From: Mobula hypostoma
Lineage: Eukaryota
Assembly: GCF_963921235.1 (NCBI RefSeq)
Contig: NC_086097.1
Span: forward strand, 67,458,001-67,522,000
Direction of reading: 5' to 3'
Length of the DNA stretch: 64,000 nucleotides
Under the pieces are notes generated by a model, which was not told the DNA's origin, did not search any database, and saw nothing but the letters and a program-made list of their open reading frames with translations. Below, in pieces: positions 27,151 to 40,847 of the stretch; positions within the stretch are counted from its first letter, which is position 1, and each line of letters begins with the position of its first letter. Position numbers and translations under genes: made by a program.

Positions 27151-29149
27151 CTGTTTAAGGGGTAATGATTACTCAATATCTATCCCCAGTCAAGTATAGA
27201 TGGAGCATGCTTATATGACATGTATAATGTTAGCAAACTTTCTAACTGACATATGGTAGCTGCAACATGAGGGTGATTTCTCTCTGTAAAATTATGTTAT
27301 TTTAATATGAACAGAAATTTGAACAATAGTATTGTTTTGATAATTGTTTATATCAAAACTGTAACAAATTGAAGAAAAAATATCACTAACCTATCAAATT
27401 GCAAACTTCAGTGCCTGTATGCTTCACAACTATCTAGGTGAAATTTGCTGTGCAAACACCATTGCAGTGTATCTGATGTGGCTGCAATCTAGCTGCTGAA
27501 AAAGCTGCGTCACTTTGAGTCAACACAGATGTTTTCAACCCACAAGAAGCTCTCCTTTTGGAAGGGCTGGCTACGAATTGGTGCCCAGAACCAACTGAAA
27601 GAACAATATGGGATGGCTAGCATTTGGTGCAAGTGAGTTTGCAGCCAGGAACTATATCATTGGAATTCAGAATGACAGATCTCACAGAAACAAGGTCTAA
27701 ATCTTGGTATGGTAGAGAAATGAGGAATTACAAAAACACCAATCACTAAAAGGTGTGTCACTCATTAGTAAAGTTATATATAAAAACACATCAATCAAAC
27801 GCAGGTTTATTTATAAAAGAGTAGAATAGAAAAGTAGATTTATGCAAAATCTTGTCTAAGCTACAATTAGAGTACTACATATAATTCTGGCTGTCACCTC
27901 ATAAAATGGTTATAGAGATTTAGTGATGTGCAGTCCACATTGACATATTTTGTATGATACTGAAACTTCTTTCAGTGCTGTTCCATGGTGTGGGTATTCT
28001 CATTACTGGAAGAAAGCACCCCAGCCACCTCTTGCCTGTGTTTTCCAACCAAGATTTGGGAGTGTCTCCTGCTACCAGCTAGCCACACTGTGCAAGATTT
28101 ACTTCTCCTCCCTGCATACAGTACATCACACACAAGGACTTTAATGTGAACGGGAAACTTGCTCTCACTGGAAGTGGTTGCCATAAATAGAATGGATGTG
28201 ACTGGACTAGCATAAGAGATTGAAGGGAACAAGGGTTATGCTGACAGATTTAGATGAAATAGGACAGAAGGAAGGTAAAGTGAAACAAAGATGGTGGCAA
28301 AGTCTGGTTGGATTGAATGTTGTTTTCCTATGCCATATATTCTACCTTGTATATTCTGTGAATCTGACATCTCTGTCTCTCCCACCTGCAACCTCTGAGA
28401 GAAAATAAACAATGTTCAATGTTTGTTATATGCAGCATTATTGTTTTCTGTGACCAAGGAGCTTAATGAAATTAATTGTGATCATTTTGACAGCTGTCTA
28501 CTTACTGTTCCTGGCTCAAAGGAAAAGGAATCTTTCTACTTTTTCTTGAACAGAGATAAAGAAGCCGGAGGGCATGTAAATTTTTGAGCATTGTGGGTTT
28601 CCTAAAGTTTGAGGCATGAATTGACTCTACTCATGTGTAATTAAGTCTTTCCTTTAGAAACCAGAGCTCTTCATGAATCACAAGAGCTATCATTCCCTAT
28701 ACGCACAGTGTGACCGACCATATGAAATTCATCTAGTCAATGTTATGTATTCGGGAGCTCAAATGATTTTTACCAAATCTGTGTTGCTTCCCATATTTGG
28801 ATGAGGTGCTGCTCATCCAAGGGCGAGAACTCAGGGTATATATATTTTCCCTTCTTTCCTTGGTTTTAGTTATGCTCCTGACTTCAGGAGTGCCACAAAG
28901 CCCTGCTATAACGATTGCCATGTGACCACCAGAATCATAATCATAATGGTGTCAGGTATTTCAAAATGCATTTCTGCTCTTCCTACTGCTCTAGTGGCAT
29001 CCATCAATACTCACCAAACAGGGCTTTGTACTTTGCTTTCATATGCTACATCCTTTGCAGTGCCTCTTGGGACGTGCCAGATTGTTTCCCATGGGAGCCA
29101 CACATCTTGGCATGTTGATTTTCCAGTGTGGAACCAACCACACTGATGT

Positions 29150-29760
29150 CACGTCCAAAAACTTTTCTCAGGAGGCTAAAGAAATTCACATGCACCCCTC
29201 AACTCTTACCAACTTTTATTGATGCACCATAGAAAACATTTTGTCTGTATGCATATCAGCTAGTTATGGCAACTATTCTGCATGTGACTGCAGGGAACTG
29301 CATAGAGTTGTGGACAGAACTCAGAAATCAGCCTCGCTTGTATAGGTTCTGTCTATACTTTTTGCCTTCTCAGTAAAGCACCTTGCATACTCAAAGATCT
29401 CACCCACCCCAGACATTCTTTCTTCTCCCTCTCCCATTAGGCAGAAGATACAATGGCCTGAAAGCATTTACCACTAGATTCAAGGACAGTTTCTACCCCA
29501 CTGTTATCAGACTTGAACAAACCTCTTTTACAATGAGATGGACTCTTGGCATCAGAATCTACCTCATTATATCTTGTACTTTATCATTTATCAGCACTGT
29601 ACTTTTTCGATAGCTTTTACACTTTATTCTGCATTGTTACTGTTTTACTTTATTCTAGCTCAATGCACTGTGTAATGATTTGATCTGTATAAATAGCATG
29701 CAAGCCAAGCTTTTCACTGTATCTAGACACACGTCACAGTAACAATCCACTACCAATGCC
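29150..29760 (+). mobile_element. Rex1/Babar 3' end
   Basis: LPLGRRYNGLKAFTTRFKDSFYPTVIRL followed by a 3' UTR-like segment. Confidence 0.8.
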
Positions 29761-31179
29761 AAGAGTCATGCACAGCGCCATTCCTAATCATTTGACAAGA
29801 GGCCATATAACACAGTCATTCTTCTCTTCAACTCCAGTGGTCTTACAGAACGCCTTCAATCATGTCTCCAGAGTAATGTTCAGAGAGATCATATATAGCT
29901 GGATATGATCTATGCAATTTTCAAACAAGGGATGAGACCTTACCATGCTCAAATGAACAATTAACAGGAATAGAGGGATCCATGTGGCAATTTACTATCC
30001 TGAAAAGTTTAGGGTGCCTCAGGATATTTTTGTGATGGTTTATCATACTTATTGATGACTAAGTTCCTTGCTCACAGAACACAATAATGCTGCATATAAC
30101 AAACATTCAACATTGCCTATTTTATCTCAGTAAGCTGCTGAAACTATGCTAGTTCAGATATTTAGAATGTGAACACCTTCTTACTGCTCTCTGTTGCCCA
30201 TCTTGAAACATAGTTACATTTTGTCTACTAAGAATGGAAGAAACACACGTCTCAAGGGATCAACATTTGAGTCCAAAATATGTGAAATTCTCCATGATTA
30301 GCCCTTTGCGAATCAGTAAAATATTACTGTAAATAATATTATTGGGGCTAATTCCATTTTTTTTGTGGAGATAAATTGAAATCTACCATAATTGAAAAAA
30401 AGTTTAGATTAACATTAACAAAATCTTTCAGCTTATTAACATTGCCTGAATTCACTTAGTGGTAGTTGAGAGCAAGAAAAAAGAAATTTTGTAAAGATTG
30501 TAGAAGAAGAACAGTAAGAAACTTAAAAATTATCAATGATACTTTGGATATCCATCCTTTTTGCAGCTAGCAGGAACTAAAAGAAAATGTGCAGTAATCC
30601 TAATGCATGGCACATAGTTTCAATGGACTATGCAGTAATTTTGCAGTACAGAAGTTAATCACTAAAATTGATGGCTGCTTTCATAGCATGCAATAGGAAA
30701 TTCTACCATAGTGATACATCTATGTACTGAGATTATTTGGTATGCAGAAGTAACATCAGTGAGCAGCACCTACCAATGCTGCTGTAAACAGTCAATTGCC
30801 CAGCCATGCTCAAAAACATGAATAGCCCACAAGTGCCACAACACGTCTTAGTTAGAATGAAGAGCCGCTCTCCCGTAGTTAGAAGACCTAGCCTGAGCAG
30901 CTAATATTGAAGGAGTCTGCCACTGGATCTGGCCAAAGTATCCGTACGAATGATTACAACGTATTTAATATTGCTGACACGGCTTTCCTTTATTGTCAGG
31001 AGTGGGGTGATGAAGAAGCCCATTGTTCCAGCTACCCACCTCCACCACGCAACGTTGCCTGGAGATACATGGTGGCCAATTCCATTTATAATACACTAGT
31101 TGAAAACAATATTGCCTCTGTTCAGTTCCACTACCTTAACTGGTGGTTTCCATTGTTTTATTATTATTTAAGATTGTTT

Positions 31180-32035
31180 GATGTTATTTCCAGTACACAA
31201 GTGTAAAGGAGAGGAAAATAATTGACAAAGAACACCATAATAAATATTAATACATATGACAGCTTATATACATAGATTGGTTGTATGCCCATTAGGTGAT
31301 ACTAGGGGTGTCTGTACATAAGGTGACTCTGACAAGAGAGAAAGTAGTAGTGGTGGATTAGTGAGTGGAGGTGTTGATCAGCCTTACTGTTTGGGGAGAG
31401 AATTGCTTTTGAGACTGGTGGTCCTACTGTGGATGCTACAATAGCAGCCTCACTGATGGGAATATGACAAATAGTCCATGAGCAAGATGGTGGGACCCTC
31501 CATGATGTTACTGGACATTTTCAGGCACCTTTCTGCATATATGCCCTTGATGGCAGTTAGCTGGTGCTGCTGAAGCACTGAGCTGCTTTGGCTACCTGTT
31601 GTAGAGCCTTCCTGTCCGTACTTTCTGTTCAGTTTCCGTACCATGCAGTAATGCAGTATGTTTGGATGCTCTCTACAATGCATCTGTAGGACATGAGTAT
31701 AGATGTGCATAGTCCAACTCTTTCCAGCCTCCTCAGAAAGTACAAGCATTGGTGAGTTCCTTGATTGTGTAGTATGTGTTCTGGGACCATGAGAGGTTTT
31801 GCGAGATGCGTGCTTCTAGTAATTTGAAACTGCTTGCCGTTTCTAAAGCTGTGCCACCAACGTAAAGAGGGGTGTGCGTGGTGTGAGTTCTCCTACAGAC
31901 GATGAACATCTCCTCTTGTTGACATTGAGGAAGAGATTATTTTGCCTGGCACCAGGCTTCTAGCTCTTCCACCTCCTCTCTGTAGGCCATCTTATCATTG
32001 TTGGTGATGAACCCCACCACTATCGTGTCATCAGT
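31180..32035 (-). mobile_element. Rex1/Babar 3' portion (RT C-terminus to tail)
   Basis: Minus strand begins near CTGATGACACGATAGTGGTGGGG (ADDTIVVG); AERCLKMSSNIM peptide. Confidence 0.8.
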
Positions 32036-34889
32036 GAAAAATAAAATTTTAAGAAATCAAACCATGGCCTTCACATACTGAGTTATTACATTGAATCTTG
32101 CAGAAAATTCGGAATTCATGACATGTTAGAGCACATGTTGTACAAAACTGACATAGATCTCTTGAACAACACCGATACAGTGCATGTTTTTAAACAAGCA
32201 AAGCTTCTAGACTAGTTCTTGTTGATTTGGTACTGATTAGTTGCAGCAAGAAGGAGGAAACAGATCTGCATCTATTAAAAAGCAAAACAGCCTCAGATGC
32301 TGGCAATGTGAATTTAAAAAAAAGATAATGTGGGAAATATTTAGCAACAACTTTGTAAAGACAAACAGACTTAACATTCCAGATCAACGACTAGATTAAA
32401 TCTGTTTCTCTTTCTGCAGATACTGTCAGAATTGGACAGATATTAGGTAGTTTGAAAACATGATCAATGCTGGTGGGTTGGAAGTGATGTGGTGGGTCGT
32501 GGAAGAGTGCTTTGATTGGTGAATTATTGTAAGAATAAAACTGAAAAGTTGGAAACAATTAGCATGATTTTTTAAATTGCCTCAATAAACTCTACAAAAT
32601 TTTAAAGAAATTTTCTGATTTAAGGAAATGAAATATGGTTAAGAAAGTTTAACTAATAAATGAATGGTACCATCATTCACACAATTATGAAAGTAGTATA
32701 AATGCAAGGAAACAGTTTTCACCAAAATATCTGAACTAAAAGCATCCCTCGTGTGATGCTAACATTACGCACAAAGATGATTGATTAGATATCACTCAGA
32801 AAACCAGCATATTATTCACCAGATTTATATAGACGTGTACTGTATATTAAATCTTGATTTCTTTTGAGTTAATCATTTAAATATATGGATCTGGCTTTGA
32901 TATGCCAACTGCTTCAGGTATAAAATAATGTATTGTAGACTCTATCTGAAAAACATGCCACTCTTCGCAAGATTTACAGCTGTTGTTTACAACTTTATTC
33001 TTTTCTTTCTTCTGTATTAACACTATCAAAAAATGAAGTAGGATTAGAGAAAACAATTGGCAGTGTTAACATTTATTTTGTGGAGCTTTTGGTTAGGATG
33101 AAATGTCTAAGGACAGACAGGTGATAATGTCGATAGTTTAACAGTAAACAATTTTGCCTCTGAGCTAGCAAGGAAAAGAATCAGTCAATTTGTATTAATA
33201 AGAAAATGAATAGGCTCAGGAATCATACCCCAAAGTTAAAATTGATCTTTATTTATAAAGGATATTTCTTAACTTCCAGATGTTATAAAGGAATTCACAA
33301 CTAACATATTTATTTTGTGTTGTAAACTTGCTGCATTATGTGAGAACCAGCCAACACTTGTGTTACAGATAGCATATCTATATTGTTTTATATCTAAACA
33401 ACCATAATCATATATTTATCTTTCAAGCATTAATGCTTTCATTTACGGGATGTGGTTGATGCAACTAAGGTTAGTATTTGTTGTTCACCCTCGAGAGGGT
33501 GATGGTGAACTACCTTCTGGTGAAGGTGCTCTCAGAATGCAACTAAAAGAGAGTTTGAAGATTTTCATTCTTGATGATGAAGAAATAGTAAAATATTTAC
33601 AAGACAGTATGTGATTTGAAGAGGGTGTGTGTATTGATGTTCCCATGTGTCTGTTGCTTTGTCCTTCTTGGTCAAGGAGTAGGTCAGAGTACTGAGAGTT
33701 GCTGTTGTTGTACAGTATATTTTATAGATGGGATAGACAAAATTCCAAGTGTACCAGATGTGAATGGAGTGTCAATAAAAATACAATTGATACCCTTCAA
33801 CGAAAGTTATGTAGTTATCACATACGTGGAATCAAACATTGAAGCTTTCTGGACTTTTAAAATTGATTCTCAATTATTTAAATGGGTTTTGGAGTTAGCT
33901 GAAACATCCATTGCTGGAAACACCAGAGCTTTTGAATTGAAGATTTTCAAAATGAATAGGCAGCACTACCTTTTGAGGTGAAGGTCACCGTTGACCTGAT
34001 TGTTGAAAACTCTGGATAAAAAAAGAAGCAACTCATTGTTTTACCATGCCTATTACCTCCCTGAATATTCAATGGAGCCCAGTATAGGACACTTCAGAAA
34101 TACCACTGATTTTGCTGTCCTTCCAGGAATCATTGCCTGGGATTAAGTAGCCAACTGGACTTTAGGGGATTTACCCCTGGGTTGTCAACTAATTTCCACT
34201 AATGTCCCCCTTCACCTCTATTCTGTCTTGAGGTAAAAAGAAACGCTTCACCATACAGGGATGGGTCTCTTTGCTGCTCCTGTCACAACACTTTTCATGT
34301 TTTAACCATCTCTCCTTTATTTTACAAATTGGGTTGGATAAAACAACTGCATTCCAAGTGTTACCTTAGAGTTTAGGGAAAATGGTGCGAGTCAGTGCTT
34401 AGTAAAATTGTTTTGTGGATGTGTAAACTGAAACAGGCTTTCTGGCCAGGAGAGTATACCCGTTTGTCCTCATCTGAATCTTCTAGAACTCTTCCTGGCG
34501 ATTAACTAAATTCAAATCTTTTCCCCACTGTCCATGAAGGGAACTGATGGACATGAATATCAAATCCTCTCTAAGTTATAAGCTGGATCTAAGTAGATGA
34601 TATTCCTTTGTTTGAAATGAGGAAACCACAAGGCCAATGAAATGATGAGGGAAGGAACAGGTAAAAGAATCATTTTTTTTCAAGCAATGTAAAGCAGAAC
34701 AGGAGGTAGGGGATTAGGGATAAACAGAAAGTGAGGAGGGTTATATCTGTTGTCTTGTCATCTTCAGCTCATTCTTTCCTGGCCACAGGCTCTGTGGTGG
34801 TTGGACCCATAAATGGAACACTGTCTCCTTAACAAGTGAGTGAAAGTGAAGAGTGGGAGTGAGATAGAAGAGAACTTTAGGCATTTCCA

Positions 34890-35390
34890 GTCAAGTCAAG
34901 TCACTTTTTATTGTCATTTCGACCATAAACTACTGGTACAGTACACAGTAAAAACAAAACAACGTTCCTCCAGGACCATGGTGCTACATGAAACAACACA
35001 AAACTACACTAGACTAAGTAAGACAACACAAGGCTAGACTACGTAAAACTACACTAGACTACAGACCTAGCCAGGACTACATAAAGTGCACAAAACAGTG
35101 CAGAGCAGCATAATAAATAATAAATAAGACAATAGGCACAGTAGAGGACAAATTGCAATATAATAATAAATGATGTAGATGTCAGTCTAGACTCTGGGTA
35201 TTAAGGAGTTTGATAGCTTGGCGGAAGAAACTGTTGCACAGTCAGGTCGTGAGAGCCCGAATGCTTCGGTACCTTTTGCCAGATGGCAGGAGGGAGAAGA
35301 GTTTGTATGAGGGGTGCGTGGGGTCCTTCACAATGCTGTTGGCTTTACGGGTGCAGCGTGTGGTGTAAATGTCTGTAATGGCAGGAAGCC
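34890..35390 (-). mobile_element. Young Rex1-type 3' end with (CAAGT)n tail and internal ACTAGACTA repeats
   Basis: Minus-strand KDPTHPSYKLFSLLPSGKRYRSIRALTT-like coding end; CpGs retained. Confidence 0.8.
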
Positions 35391-36234
35391 ACTAGTCTTT
35401 TTCCAATACCAATTACCTGCCCTTTGTAGAAAAATTTCTGTACTAAAATAGCTTTCATCAAAAATATATCAGGTTGGGAAAAGGGTAGGTGTTCTGAGCA
35501 GACTGTCAAAATCATGTGGCATGGTGCTTCATTGCCAGAGTTCATGGGAAAGCTCTGTGATCTCCCTTGGTTGGCTCTAAATGTGGATTCTTCATATAGG
35601 GTTGGAGTCTCACTCTCAATGTGCACTGCTCGTAAGAAGGCAGAGGTGCAGATGGCATAATCATCTACTCTTTACACGTAGTCCAAATGCCAATTAGATC
35701 TGCAAACAAAAAACCGTAGTGGTCTTTGTAAAGATTTGCCCAAGTACCTGCATACAAAGAACTTTGTGATTTATGGGATTTTCCCAGTGATGCATCAACT
35801 GCTGCTGGAAGCTCATCAACTCAGAGAAAAATGCACTTTGGCTGCCTCAAAACTTGTTGACCTTTCATTGTAAGAAGATATCCATCAACAAGTGCTGCCG
35901 ATTAGCAGATTCCAAGGTGCATAAGCACATGAGGAATGCCTTGGTGCAGTCATCACAGAGGTCTAGTCGGAAGTGCCACAGTCTAGGATCTTGTTACCAC
36001 TGCACACTGAGCAATGGTGACAGGATCCTATTATACAGTTCATGAGTGCAATGTTTAAAAAGGAATTATAAAGGGCATTAATATATTGTATGAGAATATA
36101 TTAATTTGACGACAGAATGAATAGTAAGAAATATATCCATCTGTACATTAATACAATAAAATACACACTCGATATATAACAAAATTTTTCCCAGTTTTGG
36201 AAACAAGCCCTTAAGAAATCACTCCTGGTATTAA

Positions 36235-37035
36235 ACGCAAACAACAGGAATTCTGCAGATGCTGGAAATTCAAGCAACACACATCAAAGTTGCTGGTGAA
36301 CGCAGCAGGCCAGGCAGCATCTCTAGGAAGAGGTACAGTCGACGTTCCAGGCCGAGACCCTTCGTCAGGACTAACTGAAGGAAGAGTGAGTAAGGGATTT
36401 GAAAGTTGGAGGGGGAGGGGGAGATCCAAAATGATAGGAGAAGACAGGAGGGGGAGGGAAGAAGCTAAGAGCTGGACAGGTGATAGGCAAAAGGGGATAT
36501 GAGAGGATCATGGGACAGGAGGTCCGGGAAGAAAGACAAGTGGGGGGGGGGACCCAGTGGATGGGCAAGAGGTATATTCAGAGGGACAGAGGGAGAAAAA
36601 AGAGAGTGAGAGAAAGAATGTGTGCATAAAAATAAGTAACAGATGGGGTACGAGGGGGAGGTGGGGCATCGTACCCCATCTGTTACTTATTTTTATGCAC
36701 ACATTCTTTCTCTCACTCTCTTTTTTCTCCCTCTGAATATACCTCTTGCCCATCCTCTGGGTTCCCCCCCCTTGTCTTTCTTCCCGGACCTCCTGTCCCA
36801 TGATCCTCTCGTATCCCCTTTTGCCTATCACCTGTCCAGCTCTTGGCTCTATCCCTCCCCCTCCTGTCTTCTCCTATCATTTTGGATCTCCCCCTCCCCC
36901 TCCAACTTTCAAATCCCTTACTCACTCTTCCTTCAGTTAGTCCTGACGAAGGGTCTCGGCCTGAAACGTCGACTGCACCTCTTCCTAGAGATGCTGCCTG
37001 GCCTGCTGCGTTCACCAGCAACTTTGATGTGTGTT
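36235..37035. mobile_element. Palindromic Penelope-like pseudo-LTR insertion with a 14-bp TSD
   Basis: Inverted arms ~36276-36653 and 36669-37035; ACTCCTGGTATTAA at 36221-36234 and 37036-37049; closely similar to the pLTR at 2652-3045. Confidence 0.92.
36938..36975 (+). ncRNA. Minimal hammerhead ribozyme motif (intact core)
   Basis: TAGTC-CTGACGA-AGGGTCTCGGCCT-GAAAC-GTC-GACTG; predicted cleavage after C36970. The mirror copy at 36336-36373 (-) has GAAA changed to GGAA. Confidence 0.8.
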
Positions 37036-37399
37036 ACTCCTGGTATTAAGTTACCTGGTCTCTTCCTTCCACCAGTGTTTTATCATGATCCTTTTGACTT
37101 CCTGAGCACCAGAGACTACAAGATCTTTCTTCAGATGCCCCAAATCTTCTACAAGGGTATCGACATTAACTCATGTGAAATTGGGCACCTACTCTAACGA
37201 TAATGTCTCTGTACACAGTGCTTCACAAGATGACAACTTTCATTGGTAATTCATTCATCAGTCATCATTTTTCCATTAAGAGGTTCAGGCACAGTGAGAA
37301 TTAATGAAGGTTAATTTCCACTTATGAGTGGGAGTTCTTGAAATACTTGCAGTCCATGTGTGCTTACAGTGAAGGGATTGGGATTGTTCAAGAACTTAA

Positions 37400-37720
37400 G
37401 TTTACAGTGTAGCACAACCGTGCAACTAATGGAGTGGTTGCCTTGCCTCACAGTTCCAGCTACCCAGATACAATCATGACCTCTGGTGATGTATGTACAC
37501 AGTTTGCTCATTCTCCCTGAATGTTTCCTCTGGATCCTCCAACTTCTTCCCACTTCTCAAAGCTGTGAAGATTGGGAGGTTAATTTGATCACTGAATATT
37601 GCCGCTAGTGTGCTGGATTTTGAAGGGAGTTGACATGTTGTGGGAAAAATAAAAATTGGTGGTCAATGTGGACTCATACTGGAATCTGCTTCTGTGCTAT
37701 TTGACTCCATGACCCTATAG
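37400..37720 (+). mobile_element. Old tRNA-derived SINE (HE1/V-SINE-like)
   Basis: GCCTCACAG...AGTTTGC...TTCTCCC...TTCCTCTGG...TTCCCAC core shared with the minus-strand copies at 43860-44500. Confidence 0.6.
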
Positions 37721-40299
37721 CTTTCCAGTCCTTCTGCAAGGTCAACATACTCAAGAAAAATGTCTATGAGGATCAAAGTTATTAAAGTAAATTGTTTCTA
37801 TTGTATAAAACACTAGTGAGAGATAAAGCATTCTATAGCGATATTCATTCTGCTAATTGTAAAACACAAGCATCTAAAATGAAATCAAAATTTTATTTTG
37901 CCTTTAGCTTCATTTATATGGTTAGCATCTTGTTTTAGCAATGGAAGAGCCAAGAATTAATTAACCTACTCTGTTTCCAATGTACATAGCAACAGTAAAA
38001 TGGTTCATTGTTTACTCAAGTACACTATGTCCTGGATATTGTATGCATAAGGTTACATTTCAGTTCATAAGGAATGGAGGATTGCATCTGAAAACTGACG
38101 TTTGCATTAGCTTCAATAAAAACAACTTGCTATGGACGATGACACAGAATGCATTGAGTGAGTAGATTAAGTGTACTTCATTTAAATGAATAAAATTTGA
38201 CAAGTAATATTTATGAAAAATGTAATATCATGATACCACAATGATCTAATCTTATAATTTCCACTCTTTTAAATGCCACAGAAAGCCTTGGACTATCAGT
38301 CAACAAGCAAATTAACAATAGAGAGCATTTCTGATAATCCAGCAGCTCAGGACTTTAGTGATGCTGGACTGTCAAAAATTTCTGGACTAATGAATGTTAT
38401 TCCATTAATACTCCTATACTTTTTTAATGCTGTGTTTATCTTAAGAGGTTTCACAGTACTGTAATAATTGTTCCAGTGAACACAGAGTTTAAAGCATGTG
38501 CTAGAACCACTGAATTTCAAGGGAGCTTAATAACATCATCTGTGAGCCAGCTGCCAAGCCACTGGGATCTTAAAATAGTTAGATAATGTACATCCATAAG
38601 ACATTTTGCTGCACAAACCTTTTGCTTATGATTGAAGTCATATTTAAATACTTCACAATAATTTTCCCCCAATACACAATTGAATAGATAGGCCTAAATT
38701 TCATGTGCGCATTTAGTCTAGATTGGTTAAAGAGTAGATGATGGTCAATATTACTACAATTTCTATCCACGTTTCTATCAGCAACCTAGGACAAGCAATT
38801 TCACCTCTTTACAAATAGTTAACCTTCATAGACCCTCCTCTATCAGTTCAGATCGTTTCATTAAATACTTACTTAGTACGCTTGCCATTTTCTCAACTGA
38901 CATGAATTGATTTGGCCGATTAGCTCCCCTTCTCCTCTTACTGCTTATATGTCAATAGAAAATTTTTGTTTATACTTTTCATTTTACTGCCAATCTTTTC
39001 CCACAACCCTCATTGCCATTATTTCCCTTTACAATTCTTATAAGAACTTTCTGTAATCAGACTGGCTGCATCTGGCATGCTGCTGCACATTCATATTAAC
39101 CTGACATACTGCCCTTCTGATTAAGTCTGTCTCTTTGGTTAGCTGCACAGATCTCTCATTAATTGCCTAGCTTTCTAGTGGAAGAACATATATCCCAACC
39201 TGAACCAGCTACTTAAACTCTTGGCAAAATCTGTCCAGTTTTTGATTTCATTTTATCTGGACATATCAACTCTTATCTTAATACAATTGATATTTCAATT
39301 GACTATTACTCCCATAAAGAGGTTCTCTACCAAGCTGACCCCTGGTAACAAATGGCTTCCATTTTTACAGAAATCCTGTTCATAAGTCAAAATATGCATA
39401 AAAATTACCCAATGTGGTAACCATATTAGAATGAATAGTAGCACAGGAGACTGGTAAGAAAGAACAATTACAGAAAAAACTTGTCCTGATGTTCATTGGA
39501 ATATATGAATTTATGTATGTTAGAATTTTGAGTTTAATATTATGGAAGCTCATTTGTATGTAAGGGTGTCCATATATCGGGCAGTCTTAACTCAGGACAC
39601 CTATTGTATAGCTGTTCAAAACACTTTGATACTATGATCACTTTTCCTCATGTTTTCACACTCACAGATGGTCTACTTGACCCTCCTTAATCCATCAAAC
39701 AAATTTAGCAAAGCTTTATTTCCCATTTGGCTTTAAAGCTTTCTCTCCCATTTGTTATATTTAATTTTTTTTCAGTAAGATTTTCCTGAACACACCTCAA
39801 AAATATCTCATCTATGACCTTATATTATTGACTATGTCAGTCTACATTAAGCTTTCTATTGTTTTTGCACATCTCTAAACTTTTCCTGCAGATTTGTGCC
39901 AATATATTCTTCACACAACTTGGCAGCATATCAAATACTCCTATTAGTGCAAAGTCATTCCTGTTTCTTAACTGAGTAGGTTTTGATCACTCCAGGACAC
40001 TTTCTCTCTAACACTAATATTCTCCTTATCAATACTGCCACCACCCTTTCTTTCTACTTTCTTACGTTTCCCGAAAACTCTGTTTTCTGACAAATTCAGT
40101 GTCAATTGTGACCCTTTAAACTGGACCACAACATCATAATCCCACTCCTGGCTCTCCAACCTGGCTCACCTCCACGACACCAAGGAATTTCAAGAGGACA
40201 TGGGTCCCAGCTCTCTTTATTAAATGCAAGCAAAGGTTTCTCCCAAACTCAAATGAATTTCATTCCCTACCAAATTTTTATCCTTTATATTCCGTAGAA

Positions 40300-40847
40300 A
40301 CTACATTCCACGTTTTTCTCTAAATAACACGCCGCCATCCTGATTTTGGTATTTATCACCATGTCCTCATCCTGCCAATGTCTAAATCCAGGAAATTTCA
40401 GTCGAAAAACAGCGGGCGGGAATAGCTTCATCCTAAAACTACATTGATTTAAGATTATGATTGTTCATCACCTTTGCTAGACAATCAGGGAAGAACAATA
40501 ATCAGTATTAATTTTGCCAGTGACTCCCACGACTAGTCCACGGATTTAATGAAGCACAACTATTCGTTTCCGAAAATAAATTGGTCACATGTCCAAGAGT
40601 ATAAATAAGAACAGCGTGGTGCAAATCCAGCGCAGTAATATACTTTCTGATAAGTATAACAAAACTTTTATTTAGCAATAACTCTGACAACTTCATGGAC
40701 TCGTCTATAGCGGGATGGCAGAAATCGTTTTAAAGGTTCGAACCAATGGAAAATGTTTCGAAAGCGCGTGCACGTATTATAAAGCGAAGGTTGATTCGGC
40801 TATGCAATATGCTTGACTTTAGAACGAATCATTGGGAATAGTTGAAT
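40300..40847 (+). promoter_or_regulatory. Putative promoter of exon 1A: GC box, CCAAT, inverted HRE dyad, TATA box
   Basis: GGGCGG 40414-40419; CCAAT 40743-40747; GCGTG-CACGTA 40766-40776; TATAAA 40778-40783, 70 nt before ATG 40848; CpG density rises sharply here. Confidence 0.7.

Noticed and set aside
34995..35085. Short interspersed ACTAGACTA repeats resembling a spacer array
   Set aside because: Irregular short units within a Rex1 3' UTR in eukaryotic DNA; not CRISPR
36211..37197. Many overlapping 65-184 aa ORFs, repeated at 2552-3066 and 54004-54372
   Set aside because: Artefacts of the low-complexity PLE pseudo-LTR palindrome
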